A stretch of DNA of 64,000 nt from NCBI GenBank assembly GCA_024137785.1, contig JAHRHZ010000002.1, forward strand, positions 10,024,358-10,088,357. The letters are read 5' to 3'. Shown here piece by piece: positions 12,656 to 25,225 of the stretch (the first letter of the stretch is position 1; each line of letters opens with the position of its first letter). The position numbers and the translations under genes are program-made. This DNA is from Ginglymostoma cirratum. Taxonomy: Eukaryota. A model generated the notes under the pieces. The model was not told the DNA's origin. It saw only the letters and a program-made list of their open reading frames with translations, and did no database searches.

Positions 12656-14374
12656 ACTGATACTGCGTCCCTCAGTGAATTTGATCCAAGATGTGGAACA
12701 TACAAGATCCTAATTGCACCTGTGTTTTCCCTGTAGAAGGCGTTAAGCAAAGACACAACTTCATCTACACCTTTGGGAACAACAGCAATATGTTGAAATA
12801 ATTACGCGATATATTCAGACTTTAAGCCAAGTAAATGATGAAGATTATTTCTAAAGTTAAGCAATCAGTTGTGACTGTTGTATTTAATATCTGGAAACTT
12901 TTCTTCCATGTTCTTTATCCTTGTTGCACTTCATCTGTCTCCCCCAAGTCCAGTCCCTGTTACTATTGGCACCCTGTCGCCCCAACTTTCCCATTGTGAC
13001 AAATGGTAGCTGTCATTGGTTCCTATCCTGATTCTGCATGTTCCCATGGAATTTCTTCCTTTTCTTTATATCCTTTACGCCAGAATGATCTCTCCCTCAC
13101 ATGACATGAAAAGGGAAAAGATGGACTTACTCTGTAGGTCATAAGAATGTAAGAAACAGGTGCAGGAACAGGCCTCCAGCTAGCACTGCTAATCAACTAG
13201 ATCATGGCTGCTTTATTTTATCTCAACTCTGTGCTCCTCATTCTCCACATCTGTCTTCATTCTTTCTGAGATTAACAAAAGCTGTTTTCTCAGTCTTAAA
13301 TATATTCAATGAAAGATCACCAAACATTTTTGTAGTAAAGAATTCCAAAGTTTCACAACCCTCAAATCACTCCTCATCACAGTTCCACACTATTGACTGC
13401 ATGTTGTGAGGACAGGTCTCCATATTCCACAGCCAAAGGAATCAATCTCTGGCTGTTTGGCCTTTGAAGCATTTCCTGATGTGGTGTAGGAGGGTCTGTG
13501 CCTTTAGTTATTGAGTTGATGTGTTAACTCTGTTTACCTGCACTGTTGCTGCATGACCTGTTGAGCATTTACAGCGATATTACATTTGTTATTACAATCA
13601 GAATCTTCTGTGCCAGTGAGATCACCTAGCATTCTTAGAAACTCCAAAGTCTAAGCACAAACGTCAAAGCCCTCACAGTTGTGGTAAAGCTTCCTTGTTC
13701 TATTATTATAATCATATTCCATTGCAGGACCACATGCCACTAGACTTCCTCATAGCTGGCTGTATCTGCACACCAACATTTTCTATTCAATATCTGAGTA
13801 TACACAAGTTTCTCTAGATATTTACATTTTTGGAAAGTTTAATAAATGTTCTGCTTCTTTACGTTCTGCAGGCTAAAGTCTCTTGCACCACCTCCTCACA
13901 TTGCAGGCTGTTGTGATTCTGTTATCCATACATTTAAACATGTCTAGATATTTTTACAGCTTCTTCTTTCCTACTTATACTATATCACCAACTGTCTTGG
14001 TGACTTTAATATCACCTAAGATATGAATGTATGTTCCTATTAGCTGAGGCTTCAGCATTGATCTTCATGGCATTCCACTGGGAACAGCTGATCAAGTTGA
14101 AAGTGCATCAGTTATGCCAACTCTCTGCTTCCTCTCTGTTAAATATTCCTACAGATTGGGAGGAGTAAGCAGCAAGTCAGCATTACTGTAAAAAACTAAA
14201 CTGTGCTTTCGGTATGTTAGAATTATAGTGAAGCAGACCAGGAGGCATTTGAAGCAAGTCAGCATCGCTGCAGGAATTCAGCATTACAGTGGGTACATTG
14301 GAATGGGCTTCATTTGAATCATACTTGGACCAGTATCCTTGCCAATTATGTAATGAGAGTTATAGCTGGAACAT

Positions 14375-15645
14375 CAATTTAAGACAGATGAGAACAAATT
14401 TATTCCCTCAGCATGTTGTGAGTCTTGGGAACTTGTTTCCAGAGAGGTTGTGGGGTAGAACCCTTGTGTATATTTAAGGCTCAGATAGATCGATTCTTGA
14501 TCAGGAGGGCTATCAATGGTTATATAGAAAGGGCAGGAAAGTGGATTTGAAGAGTGCCATGTCAGCCGTTATCATATTCAATGTCAGAAAGACTTGAAGG
14601 GCTGAATGGCCTAATCCTATTTTTATTGCTTAATTGTCTTATGGCTTTATGAGAACTTATCTCAGATTCACAAAAGAGCTGAATTCCAGAAGTGAGATGA
14701 GACTGACTGTGCTTGACATCAAGACAATATTTAACTGAATGCGGCATCCAGAATCCCTCACAAAACTAGATTCAATGAGAATCAGGGGGAAGGATCTTTG
14801 CTGCATTTTACCTTGTACATAGGTAGATGATTGTGAATTTTGCACGTCAGTGATCACAGCTCCAGAACACCTCTGAGGAGTTCCTCAGGGTGTTGTCCTA
14901 GGCTGCTTAATCAATGGCCTCCCCCATCATAAGGTCAGAATTGGCGATGGTTACTGACGATTGTACAATTTTCAGCACCACTCACATTTCCTCAGATATT
15001 AAAGCTGTCCATGTTAAATTGCAACAAGATCTGGACACTATCAAAGCTTAGGCTGACAAGTGGAAAGTGACATTCATGCTACACATATGCCAAACAGTAA
15101 CAATCTCCAGTGAGAGATAAATTAACCACCACCTCTTGATATTCAGTGATATTACCACCACTGAATCCTCCTCCCTGCAGGTTGCCTTTGACCAGAAACT
15201 CAACTGGACTTGCAACATAAACATAGTGTCCACAGGAGCAGGTCAGTAGCTAGGAATACTGCAGCAATTGCTCACCTCCTGACTCCAAAAAACTTGTGCA
15301 TCATCTCCAAGACCCGAGTCATGAATGTGATGGAATACTCCTCACTTGCCTGCATATATACAGCTCCAACAACACTGAAGAAGCTTGACACCATCCAGGA
15401 TAAAGCAGCCCCTGCTTGATTGGCACCACATCCACAAACATCCACTCCCTCCACCACTCACAGCAGTGTGTATTTTCTTCAAGATGCGCTGTAAAAATTC
15501 GCCAAAGATCCTGAGATAGCACCTTCCAAACCCATGACCACTTCCATCTGGAAGGACAAGGGCAGCAGATGCACGGGAACACCACCACTTGCAACTTGTC
15601 ATCCAAGTCAACCACCATCCTGACTTGTAAATATATCGCCGTCAT
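14375..15645 (+). mobile_element. CR1 3' tail fused to a second CR1-like LINE 3' fragment
   Basis: RT remnants (GVPQG-like; MEYSSLAC..LKKLDTIQDKAA). Confidence 0.7.
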
Positions 15646-16899
15646 ATAACATTTTGCTCTCCAGATTTCCTACCTCTTCATTCATTACAACAATTTTTCT
15701 GTCTGTGTGTGTCTGCAAGGGTGTGTAGGGTTTTCATTTTAGAAAGCAGTTAAAGCTTTAACTACAGAGTTATAGGTCCAGAGTTCACATTCGTGGCCCT
15801 AAAGTTACCATCTATTTATCTGTAATGAAGAATAATTTTTGATAAATGTCGAAACGTAGCCCATGTTTTCTGTTAATCCGAGTCTACCAGACTGGTAAAT
15901 TGAGGATATTTGATGCTTTGACATTTTTTAAAAAAGTTTTTGTGACAACTAGGTAACAGTGGAGCCTGATTTGCAGTGTGTTACTCGAATGAGGCAATAA
16001 CAAAGAGAGTTCTTTGTCTTCTTCTTGCGCTTCCCAGCTCTTCCCCTGTCGTCCCTTCCCCAGTTGCGCGGTGACTTGGGCTGGACTCAATTAGTTGGAC
16101 AAATGGTTGGCGATTCAGAATGTGTTCTGCTCCCTCACCGACTGACGGATTCTCCTTGTCAACCTTTCCCTTTAAAATGTGAGGCATGCCGACCCTCGGT
16201 TGAAATCGTCACCTGACTCTGTTTAGTGAGAGAGCTGCCTCAAGGTACCGCTACAGCAACTTTTACTGTCACTCCTTCAAGCTGCATCTGAAGCCCAGGT
16301 CTGAAAAGGAAGAAACTTGAGAACAAAATAGGCCTAAACGTTAACATTTAGTGGAAATATTGTAGGTGTCTGATTCTGGTCAATTTCTTACAGTTCCCAT
16401 GTTGCTAGCTCTCGGTCTGGTTTGACACCGTTTAAATGCATTTTTGCTACTTGTCAACTCAAATTACTTACCTCTCGCCAAAATATTTATAGAACAGCAT
16501 CTGCAAGAGCATCTGCTCACTAAGGTTAAGAAGTTATACTCGGCAGCAGCAAAGCCGATCGACATTGACAAAGCTTCGGCGTCCCAGTGGAACGTGTGAA
16601 AACTGAGGTGAAGCGACTACGTGCTATCTGACAGCTGAACCTGCAGTGCAGCAGGCAACCTGTCAACACCTCCGGTGCAGAACGGCCGCATTGTGCTCCT
16701 TGTCTCAACTGTACACACCATGCAGTTCCGGCTCCAGGGAGTTACAGCGAGGCGGAGGAACTAAAGGAAATTAAGAGTGGGATGGTACATAAGCGGAATT
16801 GTAGGAGAAACTCAGCAAGTCTGGCTGCATCTGTTCAGCGAAAGCAAGATGACTGTTTTGAAGAATGATCTCTTCACAATCTGGGTAGGTATTAGTTAA

Positions 16900-16950
16900 G
16901 TGTATAGATGGATAGATAGGTAGATACATACATACATACATACATACATA
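16900..16950. repeat. (TAGA)/(TACA)n microsatellite
   Basis: Read directly. Confidence 0.85.
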
Positions 16951-17889
16951 ACAAGGTGTGGAGCTGGATGAACGCAGCAGGCCAAGCAGCATCATAGGAG
17001 CAGGAAAGCTGACGTTTCGGGCCTAGACCCTTCAGATAGATACATAGATATGTGGGCATCCACATGATGGAACTGGTTCTTCAAAGTAAGCTGCGTTTAT
17101 TAGAAACTTGCAGGTACGATAAACAGAAAAATGAACTTTTTGACGAATTTTGTGGAACCCATCTATGTTATTAATCGATGTCTCAATGTTCCCCATCTCC
17201 GGTAATGATTTGTATGCAAGTGGCACAAGACTCCTCTGCTCTCGTACTCGCTTTAGGATTGCACTTTTACTTTTTACGTGGCCGCCTCATTCCTTCTGCC
17301 TAAGTGAATCAATTCACATTCCTCTGCATTAATCCTATTTGAACTCTTGCATCTGCCACCAGTTCTTCTGTCCCACTCTCTACGTAATTGCGAAGTGTAT
17401 CGCTCTCCCGCTCACCTTTCACAATCGTTCTGATAGATTGGCTGAAAGGAAATATTCGTGAATTCTTTCACTAATTGACTGAGGAAGGGTCACCTACCTG
17501 AAATGTTAACTCTGATTTTTCTTCACAGAAGCTGCCAAACCTGCTGAGCTTTTCCAGCAACTCCTGTCTTTGTTCCTCATTTACAGCTTCCGCAGTTCTT
17601 TCGGTTTTTTTTATTGGCTTTGTCTAATTCTGTTCTTTTCTTTCAGCGCATTGTTAAATCTTGCTGAACTAAGTTTTCAGCATTTGTCTAAGGACTGATA
17701 GTTGCGCTAGCTTGCCTTTAGATCACTACTCTCTCTCTCTCTCTCTCTGCCTCCTTTCCTGGACAGCTCTGTTTCATTTGGTAACGTCCAATTCGACTGA
17801 AGCAGGTCCAAACGAATTTTGCAAATTGATCACCAGCCTTGCTCCACAACCCCTCCAGCTCACTCTGTCCGTTCGCGGGGATCGAGTAG

Positions 17890-18360
17890 TGGGGTTTCGT
17901 GGGATTTCGTTTTTTGTTTCAGTTTCTCGGGAACATTTTCCTTGCTGATATCGCGAGGAGAGTGTCCCGTGCCCGAAGGAATGCAGCTTGCCGTGAAAAC
18001 AGCGTTTGCAAGTCAGTCAGCGAGAGAGAGCGCGAGTGTCATTATCCGGCCTTAAATATCACCTCGTGCGCGCACAGATAGGAAAATCCATTGGGTGTTG
18101 ATATGCGATGTGGGATCTCCCGTGCTTTTACATTTCGTGCACTCTGCCGGGTATGTTGGAGGCTCAGGCGGGTGGGTTGTCCATGCTTACAGCCTAAAAT
18201 CAGGCTATTCGGCCCATTTCGATATGCACCGCCCCTGCAGCAACAAACACCTCAGGGTTTTCTGAGAAACTCTGGAAATGAATACGCTTCAAGGACATGT
18301 TGGAAACAAAATTATTTTCAAATCTGAAAGTCCCGTGCTTTCCGTGAGTGTTCCCGAAAG
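17890..18360. promoter_or_regulatory. CpG-rich putative immune enhancer/promoter (ISRE, kB, GAS motifs)
   Basis: GTTTCAGTTTC at 17916-17926, TTC-N4-GAA at 17924-17933, GGGATCTCCC at 18112-18121, TTCTGAGAA at 18260-18268. Motif matches only. Confidence 0.4.
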
Positions 18361-18725
18361 TATCAACACTCTGAGTGAAATAATACCTCCTCGTTGTTTT
18401 CTCCATTAATTAGCTCCCAGATCTCTGGCTCTCCCGTTACATGGAACCGCTGTTCCGTGGTCTCTCTGAGTCAGTGTTTTTTTTTAGTTAGATCATCTTT
18501 ATGTTCCTACCCTTCACCTTCCCTGGTCTACAGAGGACAAGCCCAGCATTTCCAATCTCTCCACACAACAGAACATTTCAATCGCTGCTATCATTCTGGC
18601 AAAGTTCCTATGAATTGTCCCGGAGGCTGAGATATCCTCCTAAAATTTTCCTTCTCAGTTAGAAAGGACGCCCTAGCCAGGGCCCAAACAGTGTTGTGTA
18701 AAAAGGTTATGCTATTATACCTGGA

Positions 18726-18853
18726 TAACAAGCGTGGGGCTGGATGAACACAGCAGGTCAAGCAGCATCATAGGAGCAGGAAAACTAGACGTTTCGGGCC
18801 TAGATGACGCTTGTTATCTCGGATTCTCCAGAATCTGCAGTGCCTTTTATCTC
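18726..18853. mobile_element. Penelope-like terminal repeat insertion with 16-bp TSD
   Basis: TGCTATTATACCTGGA duplicated at 18710-18725 and 18854-18869. Confidence 0.75.
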
Positions 18854-20689
18854 TGCTATTATACCTGGACTGTCAATCCAGAAACCCGGGTAATGTTCTG
18901 GGGACCTGGGTTCTAATTCTGCCAGTGTAGATGGTAGAATTTGAATCCAATGGCGAAAGTGGAAATAAGAATCTAATGATGACCATGAATCTGTTGTCAA
19001 TTGTCGGAACCAACCCAATTGGTTCACCAATGTCCTTTAGGAAACTAAACTGCCAATTCAAACTGGTCTGGCCTACATGTGACTCCAAGCCCGCAGCAAT
19101 GGGGTGAACTTTGCGAATGTCCTCGGAGCAAATAGGGATGGACAATCAATTCTGGCCTAGCCAGCGACGCCCTTATCCTGTGAATGAATAATAAACAAAA
19201 AATCAGAAATAGGATTCGGTCATTCAGCCCCTCCATTCAGCTTCACTATTCTTTCAGATCATGGCTGATACAACACTCCTCTGTCGACTTTCTTGCCCTT
19301 TCCCCGAAATCTTTCATTCCACAACTGCTCAGGAATCTGTCTGTCCCAGCCTTAAATACACACAAGACAGGTGACACCTTTTCTTCAAAGCTTGGGCACT
19401 CAGTTATAAAAAAAAAACGAGAATGTCACACACTTTCTCAATTGCCTTATGAACTTGCCTTGCTGCTTCCAAAACAAATGGTAGTTTGCAACCCAAAGGA
19501 GCAGTGCCACCTGTACAATCATGAAAAGGTCAATCATTCAGATCATAAGAACTGGTAACAGGCCATACAGCCTCTCCAGGACAAACAACCATTCAACGTG
19601 AGCATGGTTGATCTCATGTGGGCCTCAACTTTACTTTCCTGCCCGCTCCCCGTAACCCCAGTGACATTACCCTTCACGTAGCCCAAGCCAAAGCTCAGTA
19701 CTGTCCCTGTCCTAGATTGCATCTGCCCTGAGCCTGCCCATTTCACCAGTCTGACCCTGTTGTACTGAAGTCAGTTACATCATCTTCTTGATTGTGTGGA
19801 AAGTGGCACAGAGACAATGTCACTGAACTGGTCAAACAAGAGGACAATAGGACAGGTTTCAAAAGCCTAGCACGTCGTGGAATTTGAATGAGCAAACGTG
19901 GGGTATAAAACTCATGTCAGTGATGGTGACTGCGAAAACTATTGTTTACAATCGCCTCACGAGTGAGAGTCAGTCTTAGTTGGGACTGCAGAGCCGCCCC
20001 TTTATGGTTCATGCTCGACTGCCTGCTGAATGGCCTAAGAACCCAGTCAAGCTGCAGGGCCATTAAGTTTGGGCCACACATGCTGACCTTGTCAGCAGAG
20101 CGTCCATCTCACAAGGAAAACAAGGACCAGTCTGCAACGAGTTTTCCACAGATTCCGAAATTGCACGCTCCGTAGCCAAGTCCGGGTAATTTGTACGCAA
20201 CAAGGAACCTGGTGGTCCTTCTACCAGCATCTGGGAGACATTACTGCACTATTCTCACCAGGAGAGAAGAAGGTAAAACACCGAGGCATCTTTACGTTTC
20301 ATCTTCTGGTCCTCAACAGTCTACATGCAGGATAGTGATCTATTCTAAGTGAGTGCATCTGTACCACGAAGCGTCCTTGTAAAAACGGATTATATCATAC
20401 AATCACATAGGGGATGTCTTTAAGAGCAGCTGGACAGTGTGGGGTATGAAGTGCTTTATTACCTTGTCCAACTTTATTTTGATTCAATCCACATCGTCCC
20501 CCCTCACATTTGTCACGTAAACATTGCCCTTATCAGGCTTTGCTTGTTAATGGTTCACTGACCATGCGGGTGTTTTTCCTGGTGGTGCAAGTGTAGGAAA
20601 AAAGTATCTGTACAATGGTGTCTTTTTACTGAGTGACTGCATCTACAAAGACAATCACGGCTTGCTGTGGTAGCTTAGGGGTAAAAAAA

Positions 20690-21500
20690 AGAATCATACA
20701 GGACAGAAGTAACCGTTTGGAGCATGAAGTCTATATATATAAATATACACTAATGCCTACATTCGCCCATTTTCCCGCACTAGGCCCGAAGCCTTGAATG
20801 TTAGGACACTTCATTTGCTGATCCGAGTACTTTTTAAAGGTTACAGGATCCCCGTCTCAACTACCCTCCCAGGCAGTGCATTCAAGACAGCACGTACCTC
20901 CCCCTCATCCCACATCACACTCTGGGTGAAAAGACTTTTCCTCAAATCCACCCCCTCCCCAACCCTCAGTCCTTTCATTTTAAAAGTGTACCTTCTTGTG
21001 ATTGAACCTTCAACTATAGGGTACAGCTGTCTTCTATTCACCCTGACCATACCCCTCACAATCTAATACACTTCCACCAGGCCGCACCATCATCCCTAAC
21101 ACCCCCCCCCCCCCCCGCTAACTGTCTCTGCTCTGAAGAAAATAATCTGAATTTACCGAGTCTCTCTGCAGAACTGAAGTGCTTCAACCAACAGAGCATC
21201 TTGGTCAATCCACTCTGCACCTCCTTCCAGTGCCATCACCTCTCTCCTGCAGTGCGCTGACTAGATCTGCACGCACTACTCCAGCTGTGGTCAAACCAAA
21301 GTTCTGTACAGTTCCAACATGACCTCGCTGATGTTATAGTCTGCGCCTTAACTGGTAAAGGCAAGTGCCCTGTGTGTCTTCTGAACTCCCCAATGTCCCT
21401 CTCCTTCCACCTTCACGGAAATTTAGACAAGATCCCCAAGATCACTCTGTCTTTTTAGCTTCTTAGAGACTTACTATTGATTGCATACTCCCATCACTTG
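20690..21500 (-). mobile_element. Old CR1 3' fragment
   Basis: Minus ORF remnant MRGMVRVNRRQLYP..EGSITRRYTFK..SLFTQSV, a CR1 ORF2 C-terminus. Confidence 0.7.
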
Positions 21501-21592
21501 TTCCATGACCTTTGTGCGTGTTTGTGTGCGACACAAGTTGTGCACTATTTGCGTGTGAGAGAAGAAAAAATTACCTAAACCGCTTCTGATGT

Positions 21593-21636
21593 TTCCTTCC
21601 TGTCTGTTTCCACTCCCCCATATCCGGAAACCGAAC
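21593..21636 (+). promoter_or_regulatory. ETS and ETS-IRF-like sites in TATA-less proximal promoter of the NKp30-like gene
   Basis: TTCCTTCCTG and CCGGAAACCGAAC about 85-125 nt upstream of the ATG; motif match only. Confidence 0.3.
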
Positions 21637-21718
21637 TCAAGTTCATTGGTCCGTTGAATGACACAAATATTCTAATCCTTACGCTACCTTCATTATCAAT
21701 CAACCAGCTGTAGGGACA

Positions 21719-21761
21719 ATGCACTGGATTTCAGTTACCTGGATCACCGCTGTAATCTCAG
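21719..21761 (+). CDS. NCR3-like: NKp30/NCR3-like receptor, exon 1 (leader MHWISVTWITAVIS)
   Basis: ACAATG start, hydrophobic leader, strong donor CAG/GTAAGC, phase 1 in frame with the V exon. Confidence 0.75.
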
Positions 21762-22099
21762 GTAAGCAGGTTTAGGCATGAGTTAACATCAGGCTTGCAC
21801 TGGCATGCATGATGTATTCTCAAATTGTTGCCTTTTCGGGTTAGGGCATCTTAACATCTCAGCACAGTGGCAATGCTGTCTGAGCAACACAGACCCATCT
21901 CCAAATGGAAGCTCACTGAGACAGTTGCCATACAGAGGTTGATGCTTCACAGTTCCTTATGGTGAATTTATGTTTACCCGGGGAAGGAAAGTACAGTGTC
22001 GACATTGGAAATGGTAGGAGTGACAACAAGATAAATCAAAAAGCATTGGGTAGGATGAGGAGAGATTTTAGGATAGTACCTACAAACGTATTCAGAATA

Positions 22100-22490
22100 C
22101 GACTGAGAAAAAGATATAGATACGTAGATAGATAGATAGACAGACAGACACATGCAAGACGTATGGACAAATGCACAAACAGACAAATGAACACATTAAT
22201 AGCCCGATCGATAGAAAGGTAGACAAACGGGCAGATAGACAGACACATGGAGGGAGAGACAGACAGCTAGTTGGATGTTTACATCAATAGGTACACATAA
22301 ACAGAAAGATTGTTAAATAGGTAGTTCAATAGACAGATTTATACTCACAGATAGAAAAAAAAGATCGACAGCAGACACATGGAACGATAGTCAAACAGCC
22401 AGATAAGTAAAAGAAAGAAAAATATAGGTAGATAGTTGGGTGGATGGATAGATAGGTAGATAGATAGAACGAGATAAATAGATCGAAATA
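22100..22490. repeat. Degenerate (GATA/GACA)n tract in intron 1
   Basis: Read directly. Confidence 0.8.
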
Positions 22491-23565
22491 TGAGTCGGAT
22501 CGAAATGAGTCAGAAAGACAAAGAAGAAATGGATACTAATTAGGGGCAAATCAATAGAAATAGATCCTCTCTCACATAGCGTTTTGTTGCGTTACGGGAT
22601 GCATTTTGATTTCAGGGCATTTTGCCATTTGTCTCTGCCTCATGACGCGGTGGATACACGTTTAAAAACAGCATTCAAAATGAAATCGGCAAAATCATTA
22701 AAAGATATACAGGTACTTTGATATAACGAAAGAAAGCAGCGTGTGAGCTAATTATTCTCTGATAGAGACAGTGCAGTCTCCCTGGAATGAACAGCCTCTA
22801 TGTCTGCCGTAGAATTCCAGAATTCTTTCCATGCAACATTTTACAAATATTCCTTATCCCTGAGAATGACTTGCAGGGCTGGCTGGATCGAACCAAACAA
22901 TTGTTTTCGAATCTTTTTGTCTAACCCCCGAATAATTGTAGCAATTTAAGGGAATACAGAGAAACATACATAATTGGAGCAGGAGTAGGCTTGCTCCACC
23001 ACTCATTGTGATAATGGCAGATTATCCAACTCAGTAGCCTGCTCCCGCTATATCCCTGTGGTTTCACTTCTCTTAGACCCAAGAGTGTATCCAACTCCTT
23101 CTTGAAAACAGCCAATGTTTGGGCCTCGACTGCTTTCTGTGGCAGAGAATTCCACAGTTTCCCCACTCTCTTGGTGAAAACATTTCTCCTCATCTCAATC
23201 GTAAATGGATTATCCCATATTCTTGCATTTAGACCCTGGGATCTGGCCTCGAGAGCAATCGGGAATATCCTCCCTGCATTTACTGTACCTGTCTAGTCTC
23301 TTTTCTATGAGATCGCTCCACCACCTCTTAGTTCTAAGCTCCAGTGGATATGACCCTAATACAACCTTTTTCTAGTTCTTAATTTGAGGTAATATCTGTG
23401 CAGCTGTCTCCTACGTATGAAACATTTCTTTGATCAGCAGTTTAAGGAATTTGATAAACAGCGCTTAAAGAGGTAATGATAGGCATTTTAGATTTTTACA
23501 CTATAGCTGTGTAAGAACAGATAGACCACAGCGTTTGTGCAGGAACACAGGAATAGGAGTAGGCC

Positions 23566-23663
23566 ACAAAAACAAAGTTGCTGGAAAAGCTCAGCAGGTT
23601 TGGCAGCATCTGTGGAGGAGAAAACAGAGTTAACGTTTCGGGTCCGGTGACCCTTCCTTAGAA
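23566..23663 (-). mobile_element. Penelope-like terminal repeat fragment
   Basis: AAAAACAAAGTTGCTGGAAAAGCTCAGCAGG family, also found at the end of the Penelope element at 54670-54810. Confidence 0.75.
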
Positions 23664-23806
23664 CACCGGACCATAACGTAGAGCAAATGATAGGTCTTGA
23701 ATGTGCCATGATAAACATAATTTGGATTAAAACTGGAATTAAATGACATGCTTTAAGAAAAAAAGATTGGATGCAGTTTTATGACGTTTGTCTTACCCAT
23801 TTACAG

Positions 23807-24148
23807 CAGGTGCTGTTGGAAATATCACAGTTATTCAGAGCCCGAACTCTCTCACCAAAACGCCGGGCCAGACAGCGCGCCTGGGCTGTACGTATCAGGG
23901 ACCCAGTGGTATCGGCAGCTACGCGTGGCACCGGGGGAGCAAGCGGGGAAATGAAGTCTCCAACAACACAGAGGAGTTCGGAGGCCGCGTATTCGCGGCA
24001 AGCCAAGAGGATTTCAGGGACAGGAGAGATGCCTCGATCAGAATCGTTAATCTGAAACCAGAGGACACCGGGTTCTATACCTGCGAAGTGGTTTTCCTGG
24101 GGATGCGGGAAGCCTATGGAACAGGGACCACACTGATAGTGACACGGG
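23807..24148 (+). CDS. NCR3-like: NKp30/NCR3-like receptor, exon 2 (germline-joined VJ Ig domain)
   Basis: V-set Cys/Trp/Cys, DTGFYTC, J-like YGTGTTLIV. IGSYAWHR..GNEVSNNTEEFGGRV..CEVVFLG resembles human NKp30 IGSVTWFR..GKEVRNGTPEFRGRL..CRVEVLG (from memory). Phase 1/1; donor G/GTAAGT. Confidence 0.92.
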
Positions 24149-25225
24149 GTAAGTGCGGGGCAGCTGAGTTATTCCTAGCGAAACAATATGGACTTAATCA
24201 TGGACGATCATTCCAGTAATGTGTTTCTTTTCGGCTTTAGGCAAACTATACACTATTAACCCAAACTGTGATCTCTACCGTAACATCAACGTCAGGTACC
24301 CCTCCAATTACTATATTATCCAGGCTTGGAATGATTATTAGCTCGCAGTACCTGCCTCAAAATCCTGTTACGCCCTCCCTAACAAGCACTGTAAGTGTGT
24401 AAGAACAGACAGACCACAGTGTTTATACAGGAACACAGGAACAAGGAGTCGGCTATTCCAACTGTTCGAACCTGTCCCACTGTTTAATGACATTATAGCT
24501 GATCTGTAAACTAACTTCGTGTATTTGCCTTTGGTATTTAATCTTTGCTTAACAAAAAAAAAACTCCCTCAGATTAAAATTAACAACAGATTTAGCATCC
24601 ACTGCAGTTTTGTGTGGAGAGCTCCAAATATCTACCACCCTTTGTATGTAGAGGCGCTTCCTAATACCTCTCTTGAAAGGTCTGGCCCTAATTCTCAGAC
24701 TATGCCCCTTAGTTCCAGAAACCTCATTCAGTGTAAATAGTTTTAATCAAGTGGCTTATCATCTTCAGAAAGAAGCCGCTTTTAAGATTCACAATGAATA
24801 TTAAACATCTTAGCGGTGGTTGAATTTCCCAGTAGAAATGATTGGTATTATTAAAATTGGATTGCATACAGTTTGGGCAATCCCTTAACAAGTAATCGGT
24901 CATTGGGTGCCAGTGGGGAATTGGAATGCTAATGAGGACAACAGTTGGGACTTGCTATTTCAGCTGGTGAAATGACACCCGGTAACCAATGGCCCGAAAC
25001 TGGTAGCAGCGTCTTAACGTTCCTGAATTCACATCCTGATCGTGCCGCTTAAAGACTAGGATTCTCTCCAGTTGTCCGTTGCGTTCTCAATCGATGACTA
25101 AGTTTGATCAAGGCCAATGAAAAATATTCGTCAAGAGCTGCACACCATACAGAATTGAAACCTTGCGTGCTATTCACTGATCATCATTCTACCCTTGGCT
25201 GTTCTTTCTGTAGACTTTCTCACAG

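Noticed and set aside
16490-16790. CpG-containing unique segment as a possible exon
   Set aside because: All plus frames stop early and no recognisable protein or consistent splice pair was found.
23546-23574. RSS-like CACAGGA-13 nt-ACAAAAACA near the V exon, and a CACAGTG at 24415-24421
   Set aside because: The first is a chance junction of a CR1 tail and a Penelope stub and does not abut coding sequence; the second has no nonamer. The domain is already VJ-joined, so this is not a rearranging locus.
24149-24219. C-terminal extension of the 143-aa Ig ORF
   Set aside because: Runs through a consensus GTAAGT donor; intronic unless intron retention is shown.
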